DNA of 63,950 nucleotides, counting the filler, from Atractiella rhizophila (Eukaryota): the NCBI GenBank assembly GCA_021432655.1. It is 7 parts of 6 records of this genome, joined end to end, with 100 filler letters (N's around TTAATTAATTAA, not from the genome) between each part and the next. Parts side by side here need not be neighbours in the genome. Positions count along the whole stretch, not along the records: positions 1 to 16,869 come from MU271889.1; positions 16,970 to 33,762 come from MU271890.1; 5 more parts are not named here. One strand, 5' to 3'. The notes under the pieces were generated by a model. That model was not told the DNA's origin. It was given only the letters and a program-made list of their open reading frames with translations, and did no database searches. A program made the position numbers and the translations under genes. Below, in pieces: positions 13,201 to 25,733 of the stretch (its first letter is position 1; each line of letters starts with the position of its first letter).

Positions 13201-15622
13201 GTTATCACCGTCCTTGGACGCGGTCGCGTCTCGCAAGGTGCAAAAGCGATGCTTGACGAGCTTGGAGTGACTTGGGTGCGGAAGGAGGACTTGGGAAGAC
13301 TCAAAGGGGACAAAATATACGCTTGTCAGCTGGAGTTGGAGGAATATTTGAGGAATGGGGACGGTAAGTTCTCCAGAGAGGAGTACAATGAACATCCGGA
13401 GAGGTATCGTTCTTTGTTCGCCGAAGAGGTATGTTCCAATGTTATTCTGTGGAATAAAGGAAGTCTGATGTTTTATGGATCAGGTCGCTCCATACACCAC
13501 CGTCCTCCTCAATGGCTCCTTCTGGGCACCTCGCTTCCCCCGTGTCCTTAGCGAAGGAGACCTACAAACGCTCCAAGCTACGCGACACGGCGCTCGTGGG
13601 CTGTTAAGCATCATCGATGTCTCGTGCGACTTCAACGGAGGGATCGAGGTCGTACGTCGAGCAACGACGATCGACAAACCTGTGTACTACTACGATCGAG
13701 GTGTGGAGACTGGTGTTCCGACGCCGAGCGCGACGCAGGTGTTCAGCATCGAGATTCTCCCTACCGAGCTTCCTAAGGATTCTTCCACCTTTTTCTCCGA
13801 CAAGGTCACACCCTACATCGACGCTTTGATACGAAAGAAGCCGAGGGATGACTTGAGAGAAGCGTTGGAGAGGGCGACGTTGGTTAGGGGTGGAAGGATT
13901 GGAGAGAGGCACGATCGGAAGGGAGAGTTGGGGAGGAAGGTCACAGCGCACGTGAACCAGAGGAAGGATAGAGTGCTCATACTGGGTTCGGGATTGGTCG
14001 CTAAACCGGCTGCCAAGTTGGTGGTAGAGGCTGGCGCAAAATTGGTCGTCGGTCAGTCCTTGATTTTTCCAAAAACCAGCCTTTGTCTTGAGCACTCGTG
14101 GACCCGTAGCCAGCAATGATTTAAAAGGAGCCGAAAACATGGTCGCAGATCTGACGGGCGCTCAACCCGCTTATTTGGACGTGACGGACTTAAATGCCGT
14201 CGACGAACTCGTGCAGGGGAGCGATGTGGTTATCAGGTACTACTTTCACCTCTGCGTCCCGAGCGAGCTAATTGTTAGACAGTCTACTGCCAGCACCGAT
14301 GCATCCAAAAATTGTGGAGCTCTGCTTGAAGCGAGGTAAACACTTTGTGAGCGCCTCATACACGGGGGAAGAAGTACAAAAGATGGATGCACGGTACCGT
14401 CCTTTACTCGTCAAGTGATTTCCCTTGACCTGATCGGTGGGGCACAGAGCTAAGGAGAAGGACTGTATTGTCCTCACTGAAATGGGCCTGGATCCTGGAA
14501 TCGATCGTATGGCATCATTTAACATTCCATCGCTGTATTCTCATCATCCTTGGGTTGAACAGATATGTCGGCTATGCGCCTTTTCGAAGACGCGAAACGG
14601 AGAGACCTCGAGCTGGAATCCTTCATCAGCTTTTGTGGTGGGCTTCCAGCACCGGAACATTCTAATGTCCCTTTCAGCTACAAGTTCTCGTGGGCACCTA
14701 AGAGCGCTCTACTGGCTGCTTTCAACGAGGCCAAGTACCGGCTTCGCGGGCAGGTACATTTCTCTTGCTCGATGTAGCCATTAGGTCGACTAAAAGCGTT
14801 GTCAGGCCATTACTGTTCCCGGATCGCGGCTTCTACAATCAGCTTTCCCAAACATGAACATCTCGCAATTCTCATTCGAGGGTCTACCGAACCGAAACTC
14901 ACTTCACTACCTCGATACATACCAACTCCAGCCGAATCTTCCCACGATGTTACGAGGAACTTTACGATACAGAGGCTTCTCAAGGCTGTTACGAGGCTTT
15001 CAATCAGCTGGGCTGCTCAACCAAGTTGCCCTCCAGCGGCCGAGTAGTGACTGGAAGGACTTCTTTGCCGCTTGTCTGGGGGCATCGGATTCAAAACAGG
15101 CAAGACAGGTGTTAATGGAAAGGGTAGAAGGAGACGAGGCGTTGGCTGATGAAGTTGAAGCTGCTTTTGATTGGTATGGCTCATTCTTGACCTGCCAGAA
15201 ACCCAACTGACAGGAACCGCAGGCTTGTGTCACACTCCAATCTCCAATACGTTCACAACCAACAACCGCTGGACACAACTGCTCTGCTCATGCAGCAAGC
15301 ACTCAAGTACCAACCAGGAGAGCGTGATCTTTGCTTCTTGCACCACGAAGTCGGAGTCAAAGATCGACAAGGCAAACGCTCCTCTCTTACATCAACCCTT
15401 GTTGCGTACGGAGACGAAGCGGCCCCAGCAATGGCAAAAACGGTGGGAGAGACGGCGGCACTGGGTGCTTTATTAATTCTACAAGGGAAGATCACTGGGC
15501 GAGGAGTCATCACACCTACTTCGTCAGAGGTGTGGACAGCAGCATTACCACAGTTGGAGTCCAGAAACATTCGCTGTCTTGAGCAGGAAAGTAACCATTG
15601 CTTACTCAACGATTCACTTTGA
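10249..15622 (+). CDS. AASS: Bifunctional lysine-ketoglutarate reductase / saccharopine dehydrogenase (alpha-aminoadipic semialdehyde synthase-like), multi-exon, interrupted by a 2-kb internal duplication as assembled
   Basis: Arg-rich presequence [17 protein letters not shown] motifs [54 protein letters not shown] and [13 protein letters not shown] motifs [45 protein letters not shown] and AMAKTVG. Confidence 0.9.
11034..15039 (+). repeat. Near-identical 2001-bp tandem duplication inside the AASS-like gene (11034-13034 and 13035-~15039)
   Basis: Same sequence at offset 2001-2005 with scattered substitutions and small indels. Junction ...CTCCAGCGG|AGTCCTTTTCC at 13034/13035. Confidence 0.95.
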
Positions 15623-15806
15623 TATTCATGTCTTCGCATTGATCAATACCTTCCATGGTCGTTTCAGTTGCAGCTCTCGCAATTTCTTCCTTGTCATAAT
15701 CATACATACCATCTTGACCTTGTACATCACCTCCAGCATTGTAGCTAATTTACATGCAACTGAAAAATTCAATTCTGACTAACATCTGAACCCGTTGCAG
15801 CGGGCC

Positions 15807-16869
15807 TCACTTCCCTGGTTCCTTCAAACCTTGGACAATTGCCTCACAGCTTGGTTTCGCGTCTCCGAAGAGCATCTTGCAGTTAGGTTGATAGAATAAA
15901 GGATTGGGGACATCTATTGAAGGTTGATCAGCCGTCGCGGAGACAAGGGACGGTGCACTCACCTGCGTAGCCTGCTGCCATGCCTCGCTTCATTACGATG
16001 ACGTTTTTAGCTATATATGCATTGATGATGGGCATTCCTGATCATAGGAGCGTTAGTAACGAGCATCATCCCAAACTCAAGACATACCGGCGATGGAACT
16101 GCCTTCTTCTAGGGCGATGGGGTTGACTGTATCATTGGCTCCAATGACGATGACAACGTCGGTTTCAGGGAAATCCTCGTTGATCTATCAAGGGGCGTAA
16201 GTCCTGCAACAAGTAGAGAGAGGAGTAATCACCTCATCCATCTCTAACACCACATCGTACGGCACTCCAGCCTCAGCCAACAACACGTTGCATTGACCAG
16301 GCATTCTGCCAGCGACGGGATGAACCGCGAATCGCACATTGGACACACCTCTAGATTTCAAAGCGTCTAACATCTCCTTGATCGCGAACTGTGCTTTGGA
16401 CACGGCCATGCCATAACCAGGCACAATAATGACCTGTACAGGAGTCAGTTTGCTCATATAGATAGAACAGGATTTGCGCACATTCTCTGCATTTCCGAGC
16501 ATCTCCACGACTTCTTCCACACTCGTCTTCGTAATCACACCTTTCATTTCCCGATCAGATGTCGTTGTTGGAGCGATGCCTCCAAAAAGGACATTAGTCA
16601 GGGACCGGTTCATGGCTCGGCACTGATGAACGTAAGCTTCTGGACGATCCCTATGTTCAGGAGCTCATCTCACCATGATGTAGGAAAGAATTGATCCACT
16701 AGCCGCTATCAAGCTTCCAACGGTCGTAAGCAAGGTGTTCTGCAATAGAAATGTGAGCTTTTGTGGACGAGTGCGCCTTGCAGACTGACCTCGAGCATGA
16801 ATCCCTCCGCAATCAAAGCAAAGCCAGAGTAAGCATTGAGAACCGTGATAACCTGACGCCGATCAGTTC
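15807..16869 (-). CDS. NNT: Mitochondrial NAD(P) transhydrogenase, C-terminal (beta/dIII) part; 5' end lost at the contig break
   Basis: Motifs [76 protein letters not shown] and MLFGDAK. Stop at 15807. Confidence 0.95.
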
Positions 16870-16969
16870 NNNNNNNNNNNNNNNNNNNNNNNNNNNNNNN
16901 NNNNNNNNNNNNNTTAATTAATTAANNNNNNNNNNNNNNNNNNNNNNNNNNNNNNNNNNNNNNNNNNNN
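16870..16969. other. Artificial contig spacer (N44-TTAATTAATTAA-N44)
   Basis: Six-frame-stop linker. Identical 100-bp spacers occur at 33763-33862, 50628-50727, 55724-55823, 60631-60730 and 62337-62436. Confidence 0.97.
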
Positions 16970-19900
16970 GTCGAAGGAGAGTATAGAAGTGGTTGTGTCA
17001 TACATGCAACCTCGCAGGCTATTGGATAGCACGGGTGAGTACCAGTTCGGCTTTCCTTCTATGAAGACGACGAAGAAAGGCGAGTGCCTAACTCCTGCAA
17101 ACCAATGCAGCCCACTCATCATCTTCCGTATCCAGCTCCTAAGGCAAGGATAGATGAGGTGGTAGGATGGTCAAACATTCTAGAGAAATGGGAAATACCT
17201 GTCACTACTCCAATTGAGAATACAATTTCCTCGTTCATCAAAATAGATGGGTCGTTCCTGCACTGGCCAAAGAAGCTAGTAGAGAGGTTAGAGAGAAGAG
17301 GGATAGAAAATTCCTAGCATCGGTCTCCTCTAGCGGCGCAGGTCCCGTCGACGTTTCGAATGGAATTTCGGCAGGCAACGACTGGGGGGGAGGGTGCAGG
17401 CTCTTGCCTAAGCCTTGCAAGAGCACGCCCTCCCAGACCACCACTGGTTTGGGAGTAAGTGAATCACCAGTACTGGTTGGAGAGAGCGCTGATGGACACA
17501 ACACACCATCTCTCACGTCCGATGAATCAGACCGAGAGATATCACCACCTTATATCCCATCCAATACGCAAACACCACCACCAAGGCAAAAACGAACTTC
17601 CTCACCGACAACGATTGCAGTCAGCGAGGCAACAAACAAAGCACGTTCAACTACGGGCGAACCCAGAAGAGATACAGCGACAGATCGTGCAGAAACTGCA
17701 CCACCCACACATATCCCTCCAGCACCAGCCACTCATACACCTCCAGATGCATCAGCCGACTCAGAATCGAGTACGGAATCAAATGAAAGCCTACCAAGAA
17801 TCAGAACGAGGCAACAGGCAAGATTACGTCAGCTACCACCACGACCCCCTTCGCCATCGGCAGTGTCAAACCGAGCAGTGCACGAGGACGAAGGAATACC
17901 AACCGTAACCGAAGAACAGAGACGGTTGGCACAAGGATACGAACTGCTGCGAAAGGCTCCTCGAGAGGCGACAACGGAAGAGCAGTCAGAAGTGCTAAAA
18001 AAATGGACAAGAGGTAAGTTGTATCGCATTACTATTGAAGTTGGAACAGCTTGGACATGGCCACTGGAAGGGTTCACATCAACATGTGCGATCATAGACG
18101 AAGGGGTGACCAGAAATTTGATGAGCAAGGACTTCTATCTAAAGAACCAAAGAAACCTGCCCCCCCCTCCTTCCGTCAGACAGTTTGCGGATAATTGGGA
18201 ATGGATCAGTAGCTCTACCGATTGGCAGGATAACGACTCGATCAGCAGTTATCAAAGGCCCACAACTAGCTGAGACCCAGTTTGAGATCCTAGACGCAGG
18301 ATGAGCATTCGACGTACTCCTTAGCAAAGGATGGAAAGAAGACATGGAAGCAATTCACTTCTACAAATGGGACGTCATATGTTTGTGCCAACGGAAGACA
18401 GCTTGGAAGTGTTACAGGAACGAAATGATTGGTTCAACCCAACCACCTCGAAACCTCCCATCAAACCCACTCGACATCATCAAATTACTCACCTCCGGAA
18501 CCATATTCTACTTCGACACCACCACCAACCATGACACCAATTTATCCTCACAATTCCAAATTATCGACAACTCTCGCGAAATAGATGAAGAAGTATTTGC
18601 GCTAGAGCAATACAAGAAAATCCTGGATTACCCTCCCCGTCCAGGTGCCCGTTGGATCGACTCTAGGGGACGTGGAGAGCAGCGATTCGACGGACAAGCC
18701 TAAGGGGAGGGAGCGGTGGCTAGCCCAGCCATTGTAAAAGACTGCTTCCTTTTCACTCCTAGCGAAAAGCGTGAGCATAATCCTTACTATTCACACCAGC
18801 ACAATGCTGAACCCTCCTATACATTCTGGGAGAAGGATCAACATGCCGCTCCAAAGCCTGACAGCCAGCTTGAAGGACAACCTTTGAAGATTGAAAAAAT
18901 CCTGGGGTTTCCCCCTCCACCCCAGGTGCCCATTGGGTCAGCGTTAGGGGAGGAAGATAACGATTTCGACTCAGCGGGCGCACGACCGGAGGGGGAGTGG
19001 AGGCGAGCCCAGCCGTCAAGAGAACCAACTCCCTTTCCACCCCTGGTGGAAAGCGTGAGCAGCCTTTCCCATAACCATACACCGGAGGCTAAAGCTCCAA
19101 CATTCCCCCTCAGAATGCAGGTCTACCAAAATGCTTTTGACGACACCTCTAGGCTTATAGATGCTGAGTTCTTCATCGGACTGATATCAGAAAGCGAAAT
19201 CCCTGAAGAAGTCGTAATAGCGATAGAGAAGACGATCCACGAGACGGAAAGCGAAGAAGATGAGACGCAGGCGCCAGAAAAGTGCCGCGTGAATGGAACT
19301 GAATGGGAGACGATGGAGCAAAGATGGGAAAGATTGAAGGATCATTTTGTGATTGGAGATGGAAAGGAAGCCTCAAACCTAAGCGAAAAGCAAAGACAAC
19401 AAGTCACGAAAGTCCTCAGAGATCACGTCGACGTATTCGTGACCTCAATAGGTGACATGTCTCGAACAGACATCATTCAGCATTCAATAAAGCTCAAGCC
19501 TAACTCGCCTCCAACATGCTCGTCATTCCAACAAGCTCTCACCCCTCCACAGCGCGAATTCATGGACAACGAAATCAACGCCATGCTGCGCGACGACGTC
19601 ATTGTCTAGCTTCCAACGTCGGAATATCAACCTCCTCACATTGCACACCTCAAAATCATTCCCAAACCAATTGCTGACGATAAACCATTCGTTATGTCCC
19701 TCGACTCCCTTCGATTAAAGGTCTCCCAGGCACTGGTGCAGCTTGAAGGAAAGCAGACAGCTGAATCACCAGAGAAGATAGACCATCCAGGGAGGCATGA
19801 ACTCCCATCGAGACCAAAAGCAAAATGGAGAATGGTAATAGCCTTTCTGGGACTCAATGCGGCGACAGAATCGTCTCCATTTCCGGTGGCAGGGCTCAAC

Positions 19901-21123
19901 CAAACAGCAGCAGAAATGGCAGGAAACAAGTTTTATTTCTGCGTGGACATGTGCAGAGGTTTTACGCTGTCTTCATGCGGGAAGAGGACATTGAGAAGAC
20001 AGCTTTCTATGCTCCTGGAAGAGGACTGTTCTTTCAAAGTAATGGCCCTAGGACTCACCGGATCCCCTGGCACGTACTGGGAAATGATGGATCGCGCATT
20101 TGGAGGTCTACGCCAAAAACACAGGGGGCGACTAGGTTGGTGGGTCGACGATGTGCTTGGAGGAGAAAAGACTTTCGACAAGACAATCTTGCTCCTTAGA
20201 AAATTTCTCCAACGTTGCTGAGCAGCGAAATTATCGATCACAGCGTCAAAAGGACGGTTCTTTGTCTCTCGAGTACGATGGTGTGGGGTAGTTGTGGCAG
20301 AAGATGGAGTAAAGGCGGATGCAAGCAAGATCGATGCTATCATGAGAATGCCAGAGCTGACTAACCCAGCCGAAATGCTCAGGTTCCTCAGCACAGCTGG
20401 TGCCGGAGGACTCCAAAACCTCATCCCTAGCTTTGCGAAAATTACACATTGTCTTCGTCCCCTCGCACTTGCTGCTCCTCTGACTCCAGCAGACAAGCGG
20501 CCAGATGGAAAGAACAAGCCAGGGGCTATCAAGCGGGCACTAGGGGGTTACCTCCTGGGTGGAAGCTAACCGACCAGCATAGACATGCTATTAGCTCCCT
20601 AAAGCTTGCGTTATGCAGCGCCCTGATCTTACGCTCTCCACACTTCGCTCCAGATTCAGAATTCGTTGTCCAATCAGACGCATGTCGACACGGTTTCGCA
20701 ACTACACTCAGCCAACAATTCGACGATGGCATCATGCACCCAGTCGGATATGCATCCCGAAAGACAACATCAAGCGAATCGCTCTATTCAGCCCTGCTGC
20801 TTGAACTTGCAGGTCTCAAATATAGCTTAGACTATTGGAGAGACCTGACCCTGGGATTCCCAATTGTTGTCAAAACCAATTGTCGCTCACTCCTAACCAT
20901 ACTCAAAAATGAGAAGCTGAGTCCTGCACACGAGCGATGGAGGGAATGTCTATTCACCCACAACATCCACTGCATTGAACACGTCTCAGGTAGTGTGAAC
21001 TATTGCTGCGATATGATGTCCCGAGCACCCGTGGGAGAAGCTGGGAAGGTGACATCGGAATCATGGATGGAGACAGAAGGGTTAAAGGACGAGTCGTTTC
21101 TAAGGTCTCTGGCAAACGCTTGA
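16970..21123 (+). mobile_element. Degenerate Ty3/Gypsy LTR-retrotransposon internal region (gag-like, protease, RT, RNase H; integrase and LTRs not seen)
   Basis: Protease-like CAIIDEGVTRNLMS...FDVLLSKGW. RT motifs IIQHSIKL, KWRMVIAFLGLN, VDMCRGF, MALGLTGSPGTY and WWVDDVL. RNase H motifs VVQSDACRHGFATTLSQ, HPVGYASRKT and LELAGLKYSL. Multiple in-frame stops and frameshifts. Confidence 0.9.
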
Positions 21124-22153
21124 ATGCACTCCATTCTTCCAAAGTATTTCCACCAATCGCCAACCAAGGCCTTAAGGTTTTTCATCTTCACCAACAACGA
21201 ATCCAAGAAACCCACGAACCCGCCATCCAAGGAGGCTTTCCAATAGAAGGTTTCGAGGCGGAGGCAGAGAGGTTCGAGTGCTGTGGGAAGATCTGCGGGG
21301 CCGTAGCCGTCAGATGAGAGGTGGATGAGTACTAAGGAGCGAAGAGAGGGGGTTATAGATAGTAGGAAGGAAGAGAGATCGGAGGGGCGAAGGGAACACT
21401 TGCAGAGGGCGAGACGAGTAAGCGGAGCGAGATGTTGCATTGGAAGGATCGAGCGAGAGGACCGAAGGTAGTGAACAGTCAGTGTTTCTAAACTGGGGGC
21501 GACTTCTGATATTCTTTCCAGGTCCAGCAAGTCAATTCGCCCAACATGAGTTGTGCCATTGCTCCCGTCATCAGGATTCAAGGTCAGCTCTTTTAGGTTG
21601 TCCATCTTCCAGCCCTCTTCAAATAAGGCATTTTCAACCAGGCTCTCTTGCTCTTCAACTAAGCCCTTTTTAAAGCGGAAGATTAGGGGAAGTTGAAAAT
21701 CCCGGATACTAGCCGCTTGCCAACTGATGCCCAGCATTCTCAGGCCTGGGGAGGAAGCCAATGCTTTCCCGAAGGCTATCGATGTTAGGTCTCCACATGT
21801 CCAAGAGCCTCCTTCCGCTGGCTCCCCCGAATCCCTCTCAAAGATCCACCAAAGATTTTTCACTCGCTGCCTCATCTCCGCCTTCACTAACTTCTTGACC
21901 GCTTGGACACTGAGATAATCATCCCACACAAAAGTTGTACCGGCGGATATGCAAATAGTTTCCAACCAACATTGCAATACTGCCTCTCAGAAGCAGTGAG
22001 AGACGAGGCAGGCCAGTCGGAGTGATGAACAAGAGTAGCGTTGTGGCCAGTCGGAGTACCATATGGGAGAATTGGTTGGACCTGAAAGATCAAGGGGATC
22101 AACCTGACGATATGGGAGAGGAGTTCGATGGGGAGAGTGTCGATGGATGCCAT
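21000..22153 (-). pseudogene. F-box-like / leucine-rich (RNI-like) protein gene with a frameshift; 3' end runs into the Gypsy remnant
   Basis: N-terminal IDTLPIELLSHIV (F-box-like). Frame change near 21935-21975. LRR-like segments LKELTL, LETLTVH, LTRLAL, LRSLVL and LETFYW. Confidence 0.55.
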
Positions 22154-24977
22154 CTTTTTAACAGTAAGCATGCTTCCCACCAAGGGGGCCAAGCGACGTA
22201 CGACACAGGGGCTGCAAGGAGGTCTTGAGAAACTGAAAGCAGCGACAAGAAGCTACTTCAGATGAGCAGAACGAAGAGCATCACCTAGCCGAGAAATTTC
22301 TACTGATAGACAGCGAATGCAATTTCATCGAGCAGTTACTTGTTATAAAAGCATCACCAGCAAGTGCGAGTCCTACATCTTTATTGAATCTCTGGCATTT
22401 GAAGGCGTTGTCAACCCAACGCATTTCGGCATCCCCTTTGTCGGCCGCTCATCACCAACTTTTGATTCGCAAGAGAGAGCCCTGATCGAACACATAGACA
22501 AGTCGGCGACCAAGTCCACTCTTCGCGTTCGTTGGGTGAACGGCGGCCGACGAAGAGAGCGCCGAAATCCGCACAGAGAAATCGAGAGCTCAATATTTGG
22601 ATATTCTTAACCCCAGGGGGTCTGAGCTACATGGCTAAGGCACTCAATATTTGTTTCTTCACCTTGCTGGATCCGACAGGTCTTACAGAGTGTTTGGGGA
22701 TGGCAAGGTGCTTTTTAATCTCATTTACCTCCTCATTTTTTTATGGCTCTGGGCCTCCAATGGACTCAATCACGGTGCCAATTCAAGTCTCGACAAGGAA
22801 GGAAAGAGGCGAGGAACTTGTATGGTCATTAGGCCACTTAGGATACGGCGTTGTAAGCTTGGAGTGTGGACCGAGAAGTTGTTGTCGATGTACCCATATT
22901 CTCCCAGTGAGTGTCATCTGATGAGTTTAAGAACAGGTTGAGAGGCTGTGAGGTGCGAGACCAACCAATAAGAATGTCATTCTAGCTATGTAAAGATGAA
23001 ATACATTACCTGCGAGGTGCGAGACCAGCCAATAAGAATGTGGTCTCGCACTCGCAGCGCAACTGGCTTTTATCAGGGAAAGATGCTGAATAATGAGAAG
23101 GCGTAATTGGAAGTGAAGAGAAAACTTGACCACACCACAGTAAGGATACTAAGAGAAGTGAATGCTCCCAGAAAGTAGGAGGTATAAGTGTTCCGGTCAC
23201 CCCATCATCATCGTTTTTGCATGCTGTGCTTTCGCCATCAGCACTCTTCGCCACATCATCTTCGATTGGATTCTGGTGTTTATGGGAATGAAATCCTCGG
23301 CACCGGTTCGTAATAGTAGATGCATCCTGGAGTGGCGAGACGTTCGCGCCGTTAGACAAGAACAGGTGCTTGCGATTTATGGAGCAATGGTAACTTCACT
23401 TTACTAATTAAATAAAGATAAAATGTTGAATTTTCTAATTACAAGTAATGGGATTTGAACCCATAAATTTCCTGCCATCCATGGGCTCCTGAGAGCCTTC
23501 AGTTATCGCTCTCCTGTTGCAATCCATCTCGATGGGCAGCTGACGGTTCGGAGCCGAAAAATAGGGAATGAGCCTAGGCGGCGCAAACTGGGTCGATCTG
23601 GCAAACTGGTTGACAACTTTTGAGGTTGGTGGTTTCCGCGACTTTGCGCCCACGCTCCAGTTTTGGCAAGATTTGCGATAGAAGCTGGCCAACTCCTACC
23701 AGCAACTACAACAGTTTGGTGGCCGAAAGTCTCTCAAAACGGTTGGTTATTTTCGCCTAAAAACCTGGTTAAAACACGTCAAGCACTTTTGGACTAGTTA
23801 TATCACTGACCAACTGCAGACTGACCTGTGATTGACGGCCGCTGGGTGAGAACCGGCATTTCCTAAAATTTGACCTGAGGTGGGTAGGGAGAGAATGAGA
23901 ATATAAAAATCTTGGTTGTGAAGTATGTGCGATATGCCAGATATGTCATACATGAATCGGTGGGAATCTCCTCAAACAACGCGCCAGTCTTGTTATGAGA
24001 AGGAAGCTGTGACATCCTATGACACCCATGCTAACTCCAGCGTAAGAGAGTCAAAGACATTCTAGGGTTTTTTATTGACAAAAGTTTGTTATTTCAAAAT
24101 GGTGGCGTACGGAGTGGTCAGGGTTCTGAGAGAGAGTAAGGCCGACCGTTCATGCTGTCTCCTTGAACAGTTTCCCTTCGGTTTGTACAGAAAATGGTGC
24201 GGAAGTAGGATCGATTTAAACTTTCAACTGCCGTTGAACCTTGCCATTGAAGACTTGAGATGACAAGGCACAATTTGCAATCCTCAGGTTACCTATCTGC
24301 ACCTATTTGTCTACATCAGGAAAAAATCCGGCCCCACTGGGGTGCTCTGGAGCCTCTGGAACATATGGAGTTTTTGAGGGAAAGTGCGGCCCTCGGAGCT
24401 CCGGGGCTGCTCTCCTCCGCGGCTCAGACACTCTCCAGAGCTGGTGAGGCCTCCCGTCCTCTTTGTCCTCTCTCTCCTCCATGTCCTCTCAACCCCTTAA
24501 GTTCCTCCAGTTTGTAGCGGGAGGTTCTCACGATTACGGCTGAAATTCCCTTTTCTTGAAAGCATGCATAGTACGAATGAGGATATAATGAATGTGATCT
24601 AAAAAATATAATTTTATGTCCAAGTCTTTAGTCCGAAGCGAAGGGACGAAAGAGCTTGGGCTAGGAAATCTAAAATCAGAGTGAGGCCAAATGAAGAGTA
24701 GGAAATCACGAATTACCTACACATACACGCAATGACTATAAACATGTAAGAGTGACCTAAACTCAGGAATATTAGCGATGGAGGGAGACGTTACAAAAAA
24801 GGCAACTTACACACAATGGCACGATCGTGAAACTGCTCGACCAAGGAGAGCAATTAGACTGTGTCAGGGATTAGAAGTGTGCTTACTGTGAATGAAAGGT
24901 AGACTCCGAAACTAGCAGTTAGCAAGTAAAAGAGATGAGGATCGATCAAATGAAGTGAAGGATGTAAACTCACACAG

Positions 24978-25733
24978 TTAGTAGTCAGAGTCCAAGTCCT
25001 CCATTGACGATGTGGCTTCCCCTTCAACCAGTCCTCCATGTTCCATTGCATATGAATACGTCTCTGTTCTGATAACTTCGTAATCCCGATGTTGCTTCAA
25101 TAGTTCCAACAATTTGTCGTACTTCGGTCTCTGTTTCTGAGTAAACAGCGCGTGTGACGGTCGAGTTTGAATCCCACTGCTCCATCCTTCAATCCAGCCC
25201 GAATCTAACGAGGGAGATAAGCATGGGCTGTCAAATGTGAAAAATAACATGCCGCTGTGAACGTAAGAGCAATTAGAGGGGCTGGGTCCACACGTTCATG
25301 ATACCCAAATGGGTCCGCAATGTCTGCTTCGTTCACATTCCTCTGCGAAGGGTCTCCTAAGACATTCAATGGAAGTAATCAGCAATGATAGTTTTCGCAG
25401 CTGGATGCTGGAATTTCCCCTTTTTGCTGCTCTGTGACAGCTCATAAGACGCCGTAAACTGAGCTGCTGCGACCCATCTCCCAATCCATGTCCAGCCACA
25501 GGGGAGATGACGTACCCCCTGCCTGCAAGACTCCCTTCCTGATGATACACATCTCCCATTTCCGTGCTCACACCTGCTCCCCTCACTTCTGATTCATGTT
25601 GCGAGATTCGGAGGCTGGGGATTGCTGGAGGTGGCAGAGAATCGGAAAGGGGGATGCTGTCGACAGCGATGTTCAGCTTGTTGGAACTGGTCATCCGGAT
25701 GCAAATACGCAGTTGTAGAGCTGGAGGAGACAT
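24978..25733 (-). CDS. Hypothetical two-exon protein
   Basis: Two adjacent minus-strand ORFs can be joined by a short GT..AG intron near 25256-25304. No recognisable motif. Confidence 0.25.

Noticed and set aside
24628..24666. Second Helitron 3' end (GTCCGAAGCGAAGGGAC...CTAG)
   Set aside because: Weak stem, CTAG followed by G rather than T, and no associated Rep/helicase on that strand.
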